This document shows positions 15,001-24,500 of a stretch of 64,000 bases of DNA, piece after piece. Source of the DNA: Clostridiales bacterium (lineage in GTDB: Bacteria; Bacillota; Clostridia; Christensenellales; UBA1242); assembly GCA_918292005.1 (NCBI GenBank), contig CAKJZJ010000006.1, positions 6,598-70,597 on the forward strand, in the 5' to 3' direction. A program made the position numbers and the translations under genes. The notes under the pieces were generated by a model. The model did no database searches and had not been told where the DNA came from. It worked only from the letters and a program-made list of their open reading frames with translations. The first letter of the stretch is position 1. Each line of letters opens with the position of its first letter.

Positions 15001-15248
15001 TTCAATTTACCAATTTCAAAGTTATTAGCAATGGGGCATATGGTGGTATTGCTGGATTTATATATGCTAATGGTTCGGATGGTTGTATGTATGGTTGTAA
15101 AATTCATTTTTATGACATTGTAGGATCTGGTAGTGCCAACTGGATATGCTATCGTAATAATAATAGTAGTTGCACTATTACTAATGGCGTGACTATAGGT
15201 ACTGGTAGTAAATCAGGAAGACAATATACTGATTTTGGTGGCTATTAA
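6..15248 (+). CDS. Giant surface protein A (>5080 aa, 5'-truncated by the window edge); Ig-like segments plus GLUG-motif/beta-helix modules; paralogue of the downstream 8321-aa lipoprotein
   Basis: Frame is open from the left edge. Many x-G-G-L/I-V/I-G and N-x-G-x-I rungs, and module caps such as PFEIRNTEEY..IVTRDINL, PIPIENQLDL..FILLNNIDL..SLDGNGYKI and NPLIIDTA..FAGNLDGNGMT. The N-terminus aligns by eye with about residue 70 onward of the 8321-aa protein (EGNKS.., FYPANTT vs FYPSNTT), so roughly 70 codons are probably missing upstream. Confidence 0.85.
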   Translation: MVVSDTDSKTDLGIDISGGEGFVSTKIKYLDGGVTEITVQPVSPLKTGKVTLTATTKEGNKSYNIDLNIDLKLNSFSFKENALKAIANGGQIDLKNIDDFIEFYPANTTQKNIKFDISVPENGMQNVNGTTYTYDHYMGDGKYGKYASIIDNHILKTYKTYTDGQYKNEAMDYPITNVSVGSSQTIATKVVTLSATFTPKSGSRAPIVEYCDIEVVDECTSVDVKMNSQTNINGEISLTPDVNGVYEIVLLDPNFKEGMLGVDSSYYIRRQLRFDLSPEVEGEYNPQDYEITSDTILETDNQPVVLSSIALNSDYVVQAQSKGVYTHRFTIRHIKYPGLFDRDVLVKFIVKSIPTKIGLNDEEIVLNTMGDKVYTIYDYYPSWSYGTRFKVQLNSDFKYFVYFDGENDTEIFDAVNLYKSDGSLQRFGLISESTNGGMDIVSATGEGECSRFRNESFYLSHALTTLPDIDIGLNVGVDFSMIADSYSEELAQEFYTSVLTFPFRIRFENGIRKIAFTNAEYHVDLTNDAFVVGSETDGIKLFELPQGQTRESAIASITYNEDLVSIYSTVDEDTRIASFYLKANANLIVDKTVVRVTANNGVSNSAVVHTYIPTAYYRVTPETPQLPLSVEINKYSSAYLYHLNGNVLDEEGNLKVEDIKEMKDTNGVYNDFVLSDNTGIEWGRYNSVGTLYLINNAQQEIRFYDYRLGYTDDDYFDRQIFPIDITNNVKVSFNYNNYVSYRNGVLTTNDRVTLSLTSPIIMTIKYIGAHDELDAQGQVVLDDNGNPTYVLYEEVHTIDIYIYDPLEGVEVTTSKQVEIYMRDTLSYYDQALSEGVIKSTFVPDKINLGSQWNEIFLDGEGGEENPVNSTINMKGSLGVPVELLYDFETTLQNVIMKDDGSQLIVYSDSGAEHYELHYMDLFEAQWESYECYVVARLHDNLKSWIDEYYGGRTDAFLKNIFTNDITLTIYVSIRQFGKLQNINSVNFTAKYANKIGGIRIDADSDGVYFEVRNGQSRPESITLNYTIDTAEVANRNIRLYNFDTSSYHATVRVNSLGNGGTITIVPTNVCGENYLTIVPEDNIKNITDSGVVYYNLNLVKTIRVKVADGSEAYPFEIRNTEEYAQMLRDIDNNQLYYYIVTRDINLSPLNNSYRNGSAIKDIPHGDGVGYFSLSGRLDYYNHDGVLSTRYSSLYNLNINMTMNIPKSNIGLFGSFGSNVTIKYLGVANASIRVTIPTAYNSDLSVGILVGSSENATIIGCKVSGSIRINSETTTIYSSKARIGGMIGYSKGTTIKGLPGDYENGVVTTGNNVNCSLELNGLLGATQVYAGGLVGYADGTYIGNINDNSQGIQILSVIATSNILSAHLGGVVGGMVGGYICDAKVYPTMNISSMLDHGANAIIAGGIVGKMENARISSSIVYFVNIGEEYDWNKKANIQINVNNNTTTFGGLVGQMLNGDNLATIEYSYVRSFYNSIISNTYAGNIVANITSVDSAVGGLVGNVQSGTITSSYFNADILTRNNVSVGMLASKFSGKIYSSYAIGKLYTFSGISNDNELMNLAVVGAKVQGMGVISGLTFGNNNNVQYSGIYESYAIINENDYYILNSGNVEYFEGTTIGNTKTWFKEELGFAITDGGSTEPYQFVSDIENPANNSRWFINDNANKVIYLGNSKPFPIILKGTKALYDLIPTGMSTQINERPTLFDLTYAGTTQVMMYLNSDADGNTVKALYEISVDKANPAIKIKLNGTTIITEYIRIDLNDSIEISEDSDGNIIKINGSRIEPQSEGVAIITVRSYLDKTIKCEILVQVVKGITDFEIKDTDNNALRYATTNFTGSAATVWVDETSYYTLSTINKIDGFYYPSNQDVGYIVEILDVTDPGDPSIKNAKIKLNNKNQYCFDSDAPTNNVFRLNASNITMSGCDVGLFKLKFTPFAVLSPDINYTSTYYDVNGGMVYFSGIKVLDISHEYLFRSASRAMSIETNIPNVELTTRNTSRINIAFETSNLVFTESAEPNIKMISLIQIGNNEYEGISFLGNTFTFENVAFVENGGRYYADENSVLVNNSLIKDFEYELINVSFRTISIEKTNTNIETRLNTYKVSFDIDISFDKEYYRQNADRFDLNNANYDVVFTPNSNPSLGATCRVDIRPAELTGIFANYYSRGEKLLTEGTGDAYDMTEIEGMYIVPGRTGILKLTLGEEFNDSSYITITTSNDNMNYLQMTQLYGIISSNDELGDLGEVNSYGLYEYATRLNYPNTYGLQLSKMSINYLDRSYFNNTYYVQIDLSRDYGDLNTITFIVSSYTRGLNNVNTLKLDKRFTYRIAEIPMLNVTIANDNYVDMSVGTERPLEFKYRGVNSDLSYSIAFDGIVNEDISDYVYIIDDEGNRTYNTLSIDYIMSGRLYYIRLDVSVVFNDNNLFFDRLGHLITIIFSVEEYVYGRLEHATSKLEINPVEFEIEDVVICGASNGELTILHGERKNFTVKIIYKDIVIGDAELLTKYNQYLNIYFGYQSEELGRIEALEYRLANTSVKDETGNNLVVRANYLNGYIDEDNYSLIIDGMHNGIRVSDDSMSVYGKNNRRLEFEFKYFKGVVLSNNTRIRLETHYYYDNNGRIVIGFGDEKYNYPITKDLTIIVKDNSRYDHPIPIENQLDLQRYSTSQGGNFILLNNIDLYDWVPQDATFDSLDGNGYKITLHSLKLEGLRSGDVNIGIFKTTSETTLLKNIIVDVSPMLIDSVEMLNNISVSENAVANAYSYPADIDLSLVAKVNFGILVGSNAGAITNARIINTAIPESNNARIYFHVVTTQGYINNALAQSNIGGIAGVNTETGAITNSYVGLNISTTTTGESGASATIQMISSPSKLEYNNTNDSLFAVNTYPFVLAGGNNLAGITAVNDGIISNTYNKGMGLYNTFPYSEDAKTGGLVATNTGKLTSCYVEGSEIQNYRALDNAYRIEAIGTIGGLVHTNTGIIENAYSNAYLETQSTFIGGFVYSNSGIIHNAYSTAVNRNSLATGQFTGVKRSVLQNTGTYENCYYLVDSSQNELSNADEDAVAIVGNMHGNNESNFDIKKTWSGFSFSNDVNPEAIWTIGKGRTPYIATTFIDTISFRLLTDVEVLENSESNETTIQENASASLYSYEYNGLYGLGSMHNPLIIDTAKHFMTYIIIESSDYGYGNNSRKIFGLGDGSGSVLYSGVNYVRIVNNLDFSKIITSNTVTQDNAYLYETVFAGNLDGNGMTFRSLNINTDTTNLKNFGLFAQIGLPSTADSKNNLIYGMQLPVSSEKTVIKNLSLELNSYKSNGNNRSGVLAGTIVNTNIINVSINGNGNKVSGLNMAGALAGLIYADESSSVSLIDITVEDIEAEATYGSLGGAITAFTGVEDELYTKFSITSTITGTTKLDAQFASLYDGITKLVKDNMDNTPNVSYAGAVAGVILANNYKTALAIKNNTIEYRTDADSNTIDNITVQGGITISTADNAGGLFGYIGENTHVKNSRFVVSDSGQLLKAYNNVGGIVGENHGIIEKCSVAYADDAQKELDDTILSTTDDRVSGTVTLFDADTDTPYYVVSIGGIAGYSSRGVIIDCMSKVNVVKPLSYIAGGVIGHASNYNYIGYTYTTGAVYGKNITGGVIGLHNAENISNDLSDVLYMEKVFALNNWNLVSDSFDYRNAITKSLYDNQKLLYKNEASGVEITYDNFYIKMPEIGNDAGEVQVDNPADSSANTLKNYYNHNHNTTYVGSVVGEYLVTTGGVCQTYMDDVNRTMFKYDVLGVGADDALSVSYFASQSKAVVSTTLGFMSTTGNSETYTRVDNYTTSTFDLDIGEDNSVTLYSYRVAYTGENELNAYEFNMSDTTKYLDKLAFTKRFTTQEYIEQVLGDYYFVNENNTRTRNLFKNVFNINRSDGGVGDDVDTMYHSSIDEYNETPNKVWTTKDVLPRYSSEVDNAIAEIRNLEELKQALNSSAEGKIYYVKPDVANYTISYTISDVEKFVMYNNVINSRYIGEIKDGVKPTLNFVIEDSNKFATLFNMLNGASFDSINFVFTFSQTTNNILGSHKLSDGFGLLANVMNSTTIQDCEFKLVFSNSIIFDSKDSGNPNSIVEFKPNSAGLVFGSINNCVIKNTKFEITIPSLEVTNNSINNFGMFAGSVNNSTIKDNQFKLNNNVAITISDDTTAGVNTIEQNIGGIIGYARGLRYSNNDFTSNTFNVTINDNSTNRVNKNIGALIGTLYNSTMLGVNETINFEYNGNGLNSLNSSALIGVSKGSILDNINIEGSAQVANYDPQAAIDNICYGSIVGSDLSDTMLSNSGSNVTTQIACYAFNVSAGGLIGKTVKSGKLLNSTYNNGKITVNNGQTGIASTENTPGKSVNTYVGGLIGYVTTSLDIDGVFNTGDIYINYADNALNRICVGGLVGYSTGYVVMNNFASIGDIMMSTEFENTIAYLSGVLGLNSRTFTGTYGYSYTEFKKHDVGDDYFRYSFTHTVTSAITNNSITSSTNNVYYAQEFVGNNYDRADYLFETFAIGDLYNCISSDSAIYRLIDENYKPVDEKGNLKEDYTTPMSSHRTGNIYLPLPKAIESKCKTYSSEGNSKFNVKTTNQIDSNYYNVIFNDTSNDTSLSINNVKAHTIVSGRTGAYGKSIITGGNTAFGIISSDAVVSNLYIKNNSLSTTNNGLITHCYVYGTTETNILLSTTNNGTIYASATAVEYLPNVGGLTMTGLVKTNKGVISDCYSISFPYSASTNEKTKVNGLVNDNTDGTIQNSYYYIVPEAMDCVSEHAIILENNYKGTISKTVVANTPVPGFVASRRAIWSEGFDEKIGNTQLKGFKNTSDSGVVMTIKLKLKDNSVVTYDAGKDVSNMKDDITAKSGLAETDATDYQLDFYKNSFEKPIYRVVKITTGDQFITYFSSLRGDIVPVNTIVLLVGEINVDDISRLHPFSIPDGSAIIGINAIVSFKDGDNNAEFSEEIINANYGMILNVTFKDFTIRGNYSMNGLAPIRKNNGVIANVQFTNFKVISNGAYGGIAGFIYANGSDGCMYGCKIHFYDIVGSGSANWICYRNNNSSCTITNGVTIGTGSKSGRQYTDFGGY
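13809..13832 (+). repeat. 12-bp perfect tandem duplication AATGACACGAGT x2 (NDTS-NDTS)
   Basis: Read directly from the sequence. Confidence 0.8.
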
Positions 15249-15256
15249 TAAAAAGC

Positions 15257-15286
15257 AAAAAGCGACTTTATATAGTCGCTTTTTTT
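15257..15286 (+). terminator. Intrinsic terminator after giant gene A
   Basis: AAAAAGCGACT-ttatat-AGTCGCTTTTTTT, just downstream of the stop codon. Confidence 0.9.
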
Positions 15287-15375
15287 GTGCTTGCATAGTA
15301 GTTTGCGTAGTAGTTTTTGGTTGTTTGTCTATTTAAAAATTAATTTAAAAATCTTTTCGCAAGGCTTGTATTTGT

Positions 15376-15404
15376 TTGACTACTTTTGTCACATTATATA
15401 TAAT
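15376..15404 (+). promoter_or_regulatory. Sigma-A promoter of giant gene B
   Basis: TTGACT-N17-TATAAT. Confidence 0.75.
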
Positions 15405-15482
15405 TTATTAGATATAATTATTTTTATTAAATAAATATTAATAATTATATTTACTCAAAATATTATATGTAGGGTAAAGATT

Positions 15483-15554
15483 ATGAAAAATTGGAAGAAA
15501 TATTTAACTCTTATTATTGTAATGTTTGTGTCTCTAGTAGGCTTTTTTGCTTGC
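15483..15554 (+). other. Predicted lipoprotein (SPase II) signal peptide, lipidated Cys24
   Basis: Basic n-region (KNWKK), hydrophobic h-region and F-F-A-C lipobox-like motif. Confidence 0.7.
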
Positions 15555-18500
15555 AAGTCGAAAGACGTATATGCAGGTCTAAAAATTGAAATTGTAGGCA
15601 CTTCAGATAATATTACGGAGGAGAGTGATGGCGTTTACGCTATTACTTTAGCAGAGAATAACGAAGATAATGTTTTCACTCTTCGTGTTAAAGTTTCGGG
15701 GGTAAATGATAGTGTGTCTTCTTCACTCGATTTTAGTGTGGATGATCCTAGTTTGGTTTACACTGTTAATAGCAAACAGGTGGGTAATAATACTACCGAA
15801 GCTTCGTTTAGGGTAAATAATTCTTCTGCTAATTTGAGCAATAGTACCATAGTGCACATTAGTAGCGAAGGGAATAAATCTATTAGCTTCCAATTGAAGA
15901 TTAATATTCCTATTCGTGACTTTGTGGTTAGAGATAATATTATTCCTGTAGTTAGGGGTGAGCAAACTCAATTAGCTTTATCCGAGAATTATATAGACTT
16001 TTATCCTAGCAACACTACATATAAAGATTTGAAATTGACAGCTATTCCTATTTCTGGAATGGGTGGAATAAATGATGATGATATTGAGAGAATTAATGAT
16101 TTGATTGCACAGTCTGGCAATTCTACATTGCTAATTCCAGAAGGAACTGCTGTTCAATCGTTTATATTGAATCTAGAATCTAAATACAACGAGAATATTT
16201 CACATTCTGCTATAGTAAATGTATTAGATCGTCCAGATGTAACTAAATTCTCTTTGACTCAACAGAAACTTCACGAAGAAGACTATACATTACTTGAGAC
16301 GAATAACAATGAAAATCTATTGACTTTGGTTATTAATAGTGATGCTTATTATAACTATCACCATGCCAAAGTTCAGTTGAATTATGATGGCAATGCAAAT
16401 GTATTTACCAATCCAGTCGATCGTAATTATTATAAATATGATACGGATGGCCATATTGTAGAATTTGGTTCTCCTACTTATTCTGTTTATATTAAAAACC
16501 ATATGACCAATAATTCCGTCTATGTATTAGACGAGAATGGCATTATGAGCAAAACTAGTCCTAATAAAATTGGGGCATTATATAATGATGGTTCCATATT
16601 TGGCACCAATATTGTTACTGCACAGAAGCTAGATCAGGCATCTACGTTTGAGTTTTTCCAAGCATCTAGAGATGGGGAATACGAAGTAACTTTCATTATA
16701 GACTATGCAGGCTATGAAGGTATGTTTAGGGCTACCGAATATACAATGAAAGTTCAAACCAAAACTTTCCCTAGTTCCATTAAGCTTTTCCGTAGCAAAT
16801 CGGAATTGAATGATGTCCAGAATGTTGCCGAAGCAGAAGATTTGCATGATAAACAATTAACACTATATAGCAACGGCCTTGGTACAGAAATTGTTGTAGG
16901 TGTATGGGGAGACTCTGGTTATCTATCTAGACAGCCTGTTGCTGTTACCGTTGATGATGATAATGTAGATGGTGTTGAATTGCTATGTGGTGGTAAAATC
17001 CTTTCTGGTGATGATAATATTTGTAATAGTGGTGACCTTATTAGCGTACGTAAAGTGGGGGAAACTAATAATACTGTTACCATCAAATTCACCAGTACTA
17101 TCTATAAAGATGTTGTTAGAGAATATGTATTTGACGTTGTAAAAGAGAATACGATTATTACAGCTAATAATACCGAGATTACACTTGATCCAGGTGCATT
17201 TAATGAACATGTTAATAAAACTATACAGTTGGTTGCTGATGAGTATTTGTCTGTAACCGGTTTACCTTTGGTAGATGGTGTTATTGACTATAGTGTTATG
17301 ACTATTACCGTTGAAGGTGGTATCAATAATAAATACATCAGTGTACCACAATATGACGAAGATGTGGGCGATTGGATTGTTAATGTTTACAATAGTATTG
17401 GTAAGACTCGTATTACATATAGGACACCTAATGGTATAGAAGTAACCAAGGAATTGTCAATATACTATCCAATTAGTGGCGATAATGCACAGTTTGTTAA
17501 AATGCAGATTACCAATTTCGAAAATGTAAGAATGCCAGGGAAGAAGTTTAAATTTGAAGCTACTTCCACTATTCAATCAACAACTGAGACTGCCAATAAG
17601 ACAAAGTTATTGTCCGGTGCTACATACAATTACTATTATTTGTTAGGTGATGGCGCTGATAGTGAATATGTTTATACCAGTCTAGACGGAATACTTTCTG
17701 TTGCTAGACCTACATCATCTAATGAAAATGTGATTACTATTGATAATGCTAGTAGGAGTATTACAGTCAAGGGTTATTCTCCAGATGATGTACTCTTACA
17801 GTTCGCATATACAACACTATATGGGGCAGAACGTGTTACCATATACATTTGCATCAGCGTACAAATAGAAAAAATGATTGATAGTATATCTGTTAGTAAG
17901 TACCTTATTGATGATATGTACGATGCAGATACCATCTTGCCATATGCCAAGGATAGCGATGGTGTCAGATATTATGATAAATATTGCGTAAAAGAACTCA
18001 GTGTTAGCTTCAATCCTATTACGGCTACTACATCTCCTACAATTGAATGGATACCACTTAATAGTGATGGTGTACCTATGGTAAAACCAAGGAATGAGGA
18101 TTATTATACTTTTGGTACTACTGGTGTCAAGGTGTATGTAGATAGTACTAGTATCAATGGTGAGAGTATTTCATTCCATGTGAATGGTATTCCAACCGAT
18201 AATAAACAGACATCATTTGCTATGAAAATGCTGGTTATGGTTACACAATCCTTCATTTCATCTAGTGGTGTCAAAATTAATAATTATGTTTTGTCTCAAA
18301 CTACTGATATTGTTGTTCATTTGGCAGGTAGGGTAAAAGATATTTCCACCAAACTATTCAATAACTCAATTACATTTGATGTTAGAGATATGGAGTTTGA
18401 TGCTACTAATGAAATTTATATTTCAAATAATGAATCCACATTTGAATATGAACTTACTAGCAAAGATTATAATAATGATGCTCCTGTATTAGATATACTC

Positions 18501-21500
18501 AATAAAGATATCGCTGTTTACTCATCTAGTGATATACTGCACACAATTTACAATGATAATCGTATCAATTTGAAATATTTGAATTCGTCGGCAGATTACA
18601 TCAGTTATCCTGTATACAAAGTATACGTGGCTGCTAATGATAGTTTGACGAGAGAATTAGACGGCAATTTCACTATCAGAGATATTTACGAGTATTATAG
18701 TATTGTTTCGGTTATTACAGTTAAAATTGCCAATGGTAAATCTGTACCTTTCGAAGTAGATTCTTATGAAGATTTGCTTAGAATTGGTAAAGATGAAGAA
18801 TCTATGAGTGCCAATTATGTTTTGACACAGAATATTTATCTAAAAAATCATACTTGGACTCCACTTGGTGGCTACAATTCAGTTTACACAGGTCCATTCG
18901 AGGGAACCCTTGATGGTAAGTTTGAATTGACAGAGGGTGTATATAGACAATTCGGTATCTATAACTTGAAAATTAATATAGATATGTCCAGCGTGCTTCC
19001 ATCTGATGATCAGTTGAGAGAATTTAATTATGGATTCTTTGCTGAAATCGGTGAAAATGGTAGAGTGGTAAATTTAAACATTAGCGACATTTACATCAGA
19101 GTTACTGGTTTTGATAGTTTCCAGAATGGTGTTTATGATAATGTCGGTGTAATTGCAGGTACCAATAAGGGTACTATCCAAAATTGTACAATAGACGATG
19201 GCTCTGTACAGTATATTGATGGCAAACAAAAAATTCAACGTAGGCTGAATGGTGTAGTTGTTGAAGAAAGAAAAGACCAATTCGCTCTTAATAGTTCTTC
19301 TAGTGGTGAAATGAGGGGTATATTCTACAATACCGCATCTATGGATACTTCTTCTACAATTACTAGGGCATTTGTTGGTGGTTTAGTTGGTAAAAACGAG
19401 TCAAATATTTTGTCTAGTAAGGCTGTAACCACAATTATCGCTAGGAATATTGGTTCCAATAAATACCTATACGTTGGTGGTATGGTAGGTTTCAATATTG
19501 GATCGGTTGAGAATCATAGTTCTTTCGTTCCATCATCAGATAATGATAGCTATGATGTTGTATCTATTATTAATCCACACATGATTACCAGTCTGACTGG
19601 AGCTTACGATATGTACGGAGGCGCTATTGGTATCAATGCGGGGGATATTATTGGTGTTACTGCTAGAACTTTCGTATTTGGTACAGGATATGTAGGTGGA
19701 CTAGTTGGTTACAATGTTGGTAGAGTTGAGTCCAATATTACGATTCCTACACTTATTGGTCATAAAGTAACTGGTGGTTTGATAGGTAAATCTTCTTATG
19801 GTGAAGACTCTATATTACCAAATACACTTAGTGGTAGCAATGTTATCAAATCCAATAAAGTTCAATTTATTGATTTTCAGGATTCCGATGATAGATATTC
19901 ATACTTCAATACAGCCATAAAGGGTTATGGTGCCATAGGTGGACTTATTGGTGAGTATTATACCAGATACAATGTTAATGGTCAGGTATTTGTATTTAGC
20001 GAGAATATTGATGGTGAAGATACTGGGGTATTTGCATACAATTCAGTAGCATCATATTACAATGCTCCTGTGGTTACTGCTACATATTCGCGTGATTCGC
20101 AGGCAGGATATTATTATGGCGATATTGTCTCAGATTCTACGTCTGCTATAATTGGTGGCTTGATAGGCCGTGCCGATAATGGTGTACTGGTTGTTCATTC
20201 ATATGTAGATGTCAATATTAGTGGTGATTGTACTATTGGTGGTATAATTGGTTCTGCTGGTGGCATTGTTAGTTTGTTTAATACTGTATTTAATGGTTCA
20301 ATTGTGTATAGAAATGATAGTACTATCAAGGCCGGTGCGTTTATTGGTAGTGTAAATGATACTTTCAATACATATGGTTTGGATACATTACAACAAGTTA
20401 TCAAATTGGCTTCTGGTGAAAGTGTCGACAGTTTCTTCATTTATAGAGATGCAGCCGATGCAAATCCAAATACCAATAATGTTTCTGTAGTTATAACTGA
20501 TGATAGCAAATATGTAAATGGTTTAGTAATTTCTGGCGCAGGTGAGACATTCACTTTTGGTAACTTTGTATATAGTTATGCCATAATGAGATATAGAAAA
20601 GATACAGTGGATGTTATTAATGGCAGTGTATCTTCTGAAAATGGCTACATAAACGAATATATTTCTAACCCAAATAAGATTATTACTCCAAACAATGTTG
20701 CAACATATGTAACAATTAGATTGCAGGATGAAAATAATATAATATATGGTTCAGAAGCGATTGTTACCAATTATCTAGCATACAATTCATTTGTAGTAGA
20801 TGGATATGCTAGTACCGATCCGATTAATAATGCAAATGTGCTATTTGGTACAAATTATGCAAATAAAATTAGGATTTATATTCCAGGGGATCATGGTGCA
20901 GGTGTTTATATTGATGTTTCCACTGGTGGATTTACTGCTCATAGAACTAATGTAAGTAGTGAATACATCGGTGTGTACCAGTCTGATGAGAATACCGAGA
21001 GTGGTTATGCTGATGGAGATAGAGATGAATTAATCAATTATCTCAAATTTGCTCATACACAGATTAATTCCGGTCTACCACTACCATTCGCAGAAGGTAG
21101 AGTATATTATAGTGATAGTAAAGATTTTGTGGATTTAATCATTAATTTGCCACCAACTACCATCACAATTGGTGGGGCAGAGTCGATACTTGATCATTCG
21201 CGTACTAATGATAATGTTTGGACAGCTAATGAGATAGGTGCCCATGATAATTATGTGGATTTAACACCAGTAGAGAATACTATTTATTTCTATGGTTTAG
21301 ATTACAATAGTGGTGCATTTAGCTATGAATACGATAATGATGGCAATGTAATAATTGATTTCAATAATGATGGCATGTATTCTTATCTAGACATTACATA
21401 TAGTGAATGGCTACGTAATGCTATTGCTTCAAAAAATATATATAGCCTATCTGATACGGTAGGTATTGCAGTTTGGCCACCATTCTTACAGAAGGGTATG

Positions 21501-24500
21501 TTGGTATTTGAGTCTAGCAATGAAGATATTGCTCAGATTATTATTGTTAATGGTCAATTATCTTTGCAAGTCAAGGGTGTTGGCTCTGTTACATTCTTAG
21601 TTTATTCTGCATATAATGTCGATAATAAAGCCACATTTACTATTAATATTGTAGATGCTATAGAAGGTTTTGATTTCTATACAGACATGACATATGATCA
21701 AAAAGTAAATGCTGAGAATATTACTATTATTAAAAATGAGTCAACCAATCAGATTATATATGTCGACTTCAATGGTAAATTTGATCATGGTAATGTATAT
21801 CTAAATAGTTACAATAAAGTAGACTTATTATTAGATCATCAGGACAATTATGGTATTAGATATTTTGTCATGACCGATAATTCTATACTATTTACAGGCA
21901 ATACTACATGTACTAGTCTTAGAATTAATGGAAAATCATTCTCTAGGATGTATCTGTCTGGTTATGGCAAAGAGGGTTACGCTTTGTATGTTGATGGCAA
22001 AGATTCTATTGCTATTACCGGTCTAGAAAAACAATCTAATATCAAATTGTTGGCAGTTCCATATATTATCCATAGTAATGGTAATATCACATTCATGTTT
22101 GACTTCTCAACAAATAGGCCACAGGATGCCATATCTAATAATAGATTGAGTAGGGCAAAAATCCTGACTATAAATGTAATTGATGGTACATATGCTATCA
22201 AAACTACAGAGTCTCAGGATATTACTCCTTTGAATACAGCCAATATTGATGTTTTGGTTAGCACAGATGATGCTACCAATATGTTGTTCTTTAAAGTTCA
22301 ATATGCAGATCCAAATTTAGGCACTAGTGCTAGAAATGTAACTGTTTATAGCGATATCAATAAAATTAATCCTGCTCAAACTAGTCATAGTCAAGTTACT
22401 ATTTATGAAGCAGATGTTAATGGTTATGTAAATGCTGTAGTGGGTAATACATACTATTTTGATGGTATGGAGATGCTACTATATAGTGTAGAAAAATTAG
22501 ATGCCAATAATGAAGTAACAAATATTGACGATAATATAAAGAGTATTGTATATCACTTTGCAATAGGTGTAGGTGAGTCTCATCTATTTGATGAAGATCT
22601 AGTAAAAGCATATAATTTTGAATTCTGTACTTTGTCAAAAGTGAATTCTGATACAATCAATTATTTGAAAGCAACGACGTGTGTTAATGTACTACGCCAA
22701 GAAGTAAATAGTTCGATAATAAAGCATTATTCCGGTGTTGATCAATATGTAGAAAATATTGATGCTGTTTACGAGAATACAGATTATTTTGAGTCTAGAA
22801 CATTGGTAGCAGGATATCCAGGAATGCTTCAGGTAAATCTATTCCCACAATATTCTAGTATAGACTATGTGGAATTTACTTCTAACGAAATTAATGGTTA
22901 TTATATTGCTATGGAGCAATTAGTAGCAGTGTATGATTCGTCCAATACATATTTTGATGGATACTACAGAGCATACACAGATACTAGAGAAATCATCAAT
23001 AATGGTAGGGGTATTAGGGTTAAAAAGACTAGTACCATGTATACACAAAATGGTCAGGATATTTACAGTTATAATGGCACATTCTACATTAGAACTGTAG
23101 TTCCTACCATCACATTGGGTACTACCGAATTTACTATTACATATAAGTCTTACTTTAAAGGGGTAGTACAGCCTGAGGGCTCTGGTGAAATTAAAATTAT
23201 TGTTGTAAAAAATCCTGCAGTTACTCTTGATGTTGTAGATGATGATAATAAAACCACCAAGGTTGGTGTAGCAACATTTGGTGAGACCATGCAATTAAAA
23301 TATGCTGCTGAGAGAGAAATTGAATGGAATATTAGTGCAAAAGACTCAAATTTTGAAATAGATAATGTCCTTCGTGAATTGAGTCCGGTTATTGTAGATG
23401 GTAATACTGCTACAATATCTATCAAGAGCATTTCAGAGATAGGTGGTAATTATGCACAGTATGTAGGCAAGGTTGTTACAATCTCTGCTACAGTATCTAT
23501 GGTTGTTCAGGGAAGGCTATACTATACTACAGCATCTGTAGATTTAAAACTGGCAGTTATCAAAATTAATGCTATAAAAGTTAATAATGTTGATGAGAAT
23601 ACACTCAATTTTGTAGGTGTATACAATCAAACATATGATTTAAAGGTTACAGTGGTAGCCACGTTTGACCATGCGTACGATACTAGTACGAATGGTAGTA
23701 TTTCTAGTGCTATTACTGCTCTAGAATACGATTTGTCTACAAGTAATCGTGTATTTAGATGGGTCTCGGGAGATAATGAATACACCTTAGAGACTAAACC
23801 ATATGTCGATTTCTTGATTGGCAAACATAATGATTACTTTACAATCAAAAATAATAAGAAAAATCCACATAGTAAATTTAATGCTTATGCTGAATTTGGA
23901 CATTCAATCATATCTAGTACTGGTAAAAGTTATGAGAAATTTGGTTTGTTCTTAAATCCTTCGACAGTTAATAGCAACATGATTGTTCGTTCTAAAAATC
24001 AACGTTTTGGTATGCAATTCTCTAGACTATCCAATGAAGAATATCCAGAACCTATATATACTGTTGACGAACTTATAAACATGGAGCAGGGCGGATATTA
24101 TATCTTACTTAATGATTTAACACTTACAGATTGGCGTCCATTAGATACTGCTATTGCATCACTAGATGGTAATGGTTATGTAATAACAATCGGTAGCTTC
24201 TTCGATACTAGGATACAAAAGGCTCAAGAAGATGCCGCAGCTGCTGCAAGTGATGAAGAAGAACAAAATAAAGAATCAGAGATAACCATTGGCTTGTTCT
24301 CTACAATTTCTGAGAATACTACTATCAAAAACTTAATTATTGAAGTTTTGGCAAGTAGGGAAAATGAAACGAAAGATCAACAAATAACTATAAACTACGA
24401 TAATGTAACCAATAGAGTGGCCGATCATGACATTCCAATCGCTGATTACGAGAGTGTAAGATTTGGACTGCTTGCTGGTGAGAATAATGGTATTGTTACC

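Noticed and set aside
24210-24285. Helical Ala/acidic insertion (AQEDAAAAASDEEEQNKE) inside a beta-helix cap of giant B
   Set aside because: Short low-complexity loop with no intein, cleavage or repeat signature I can support.
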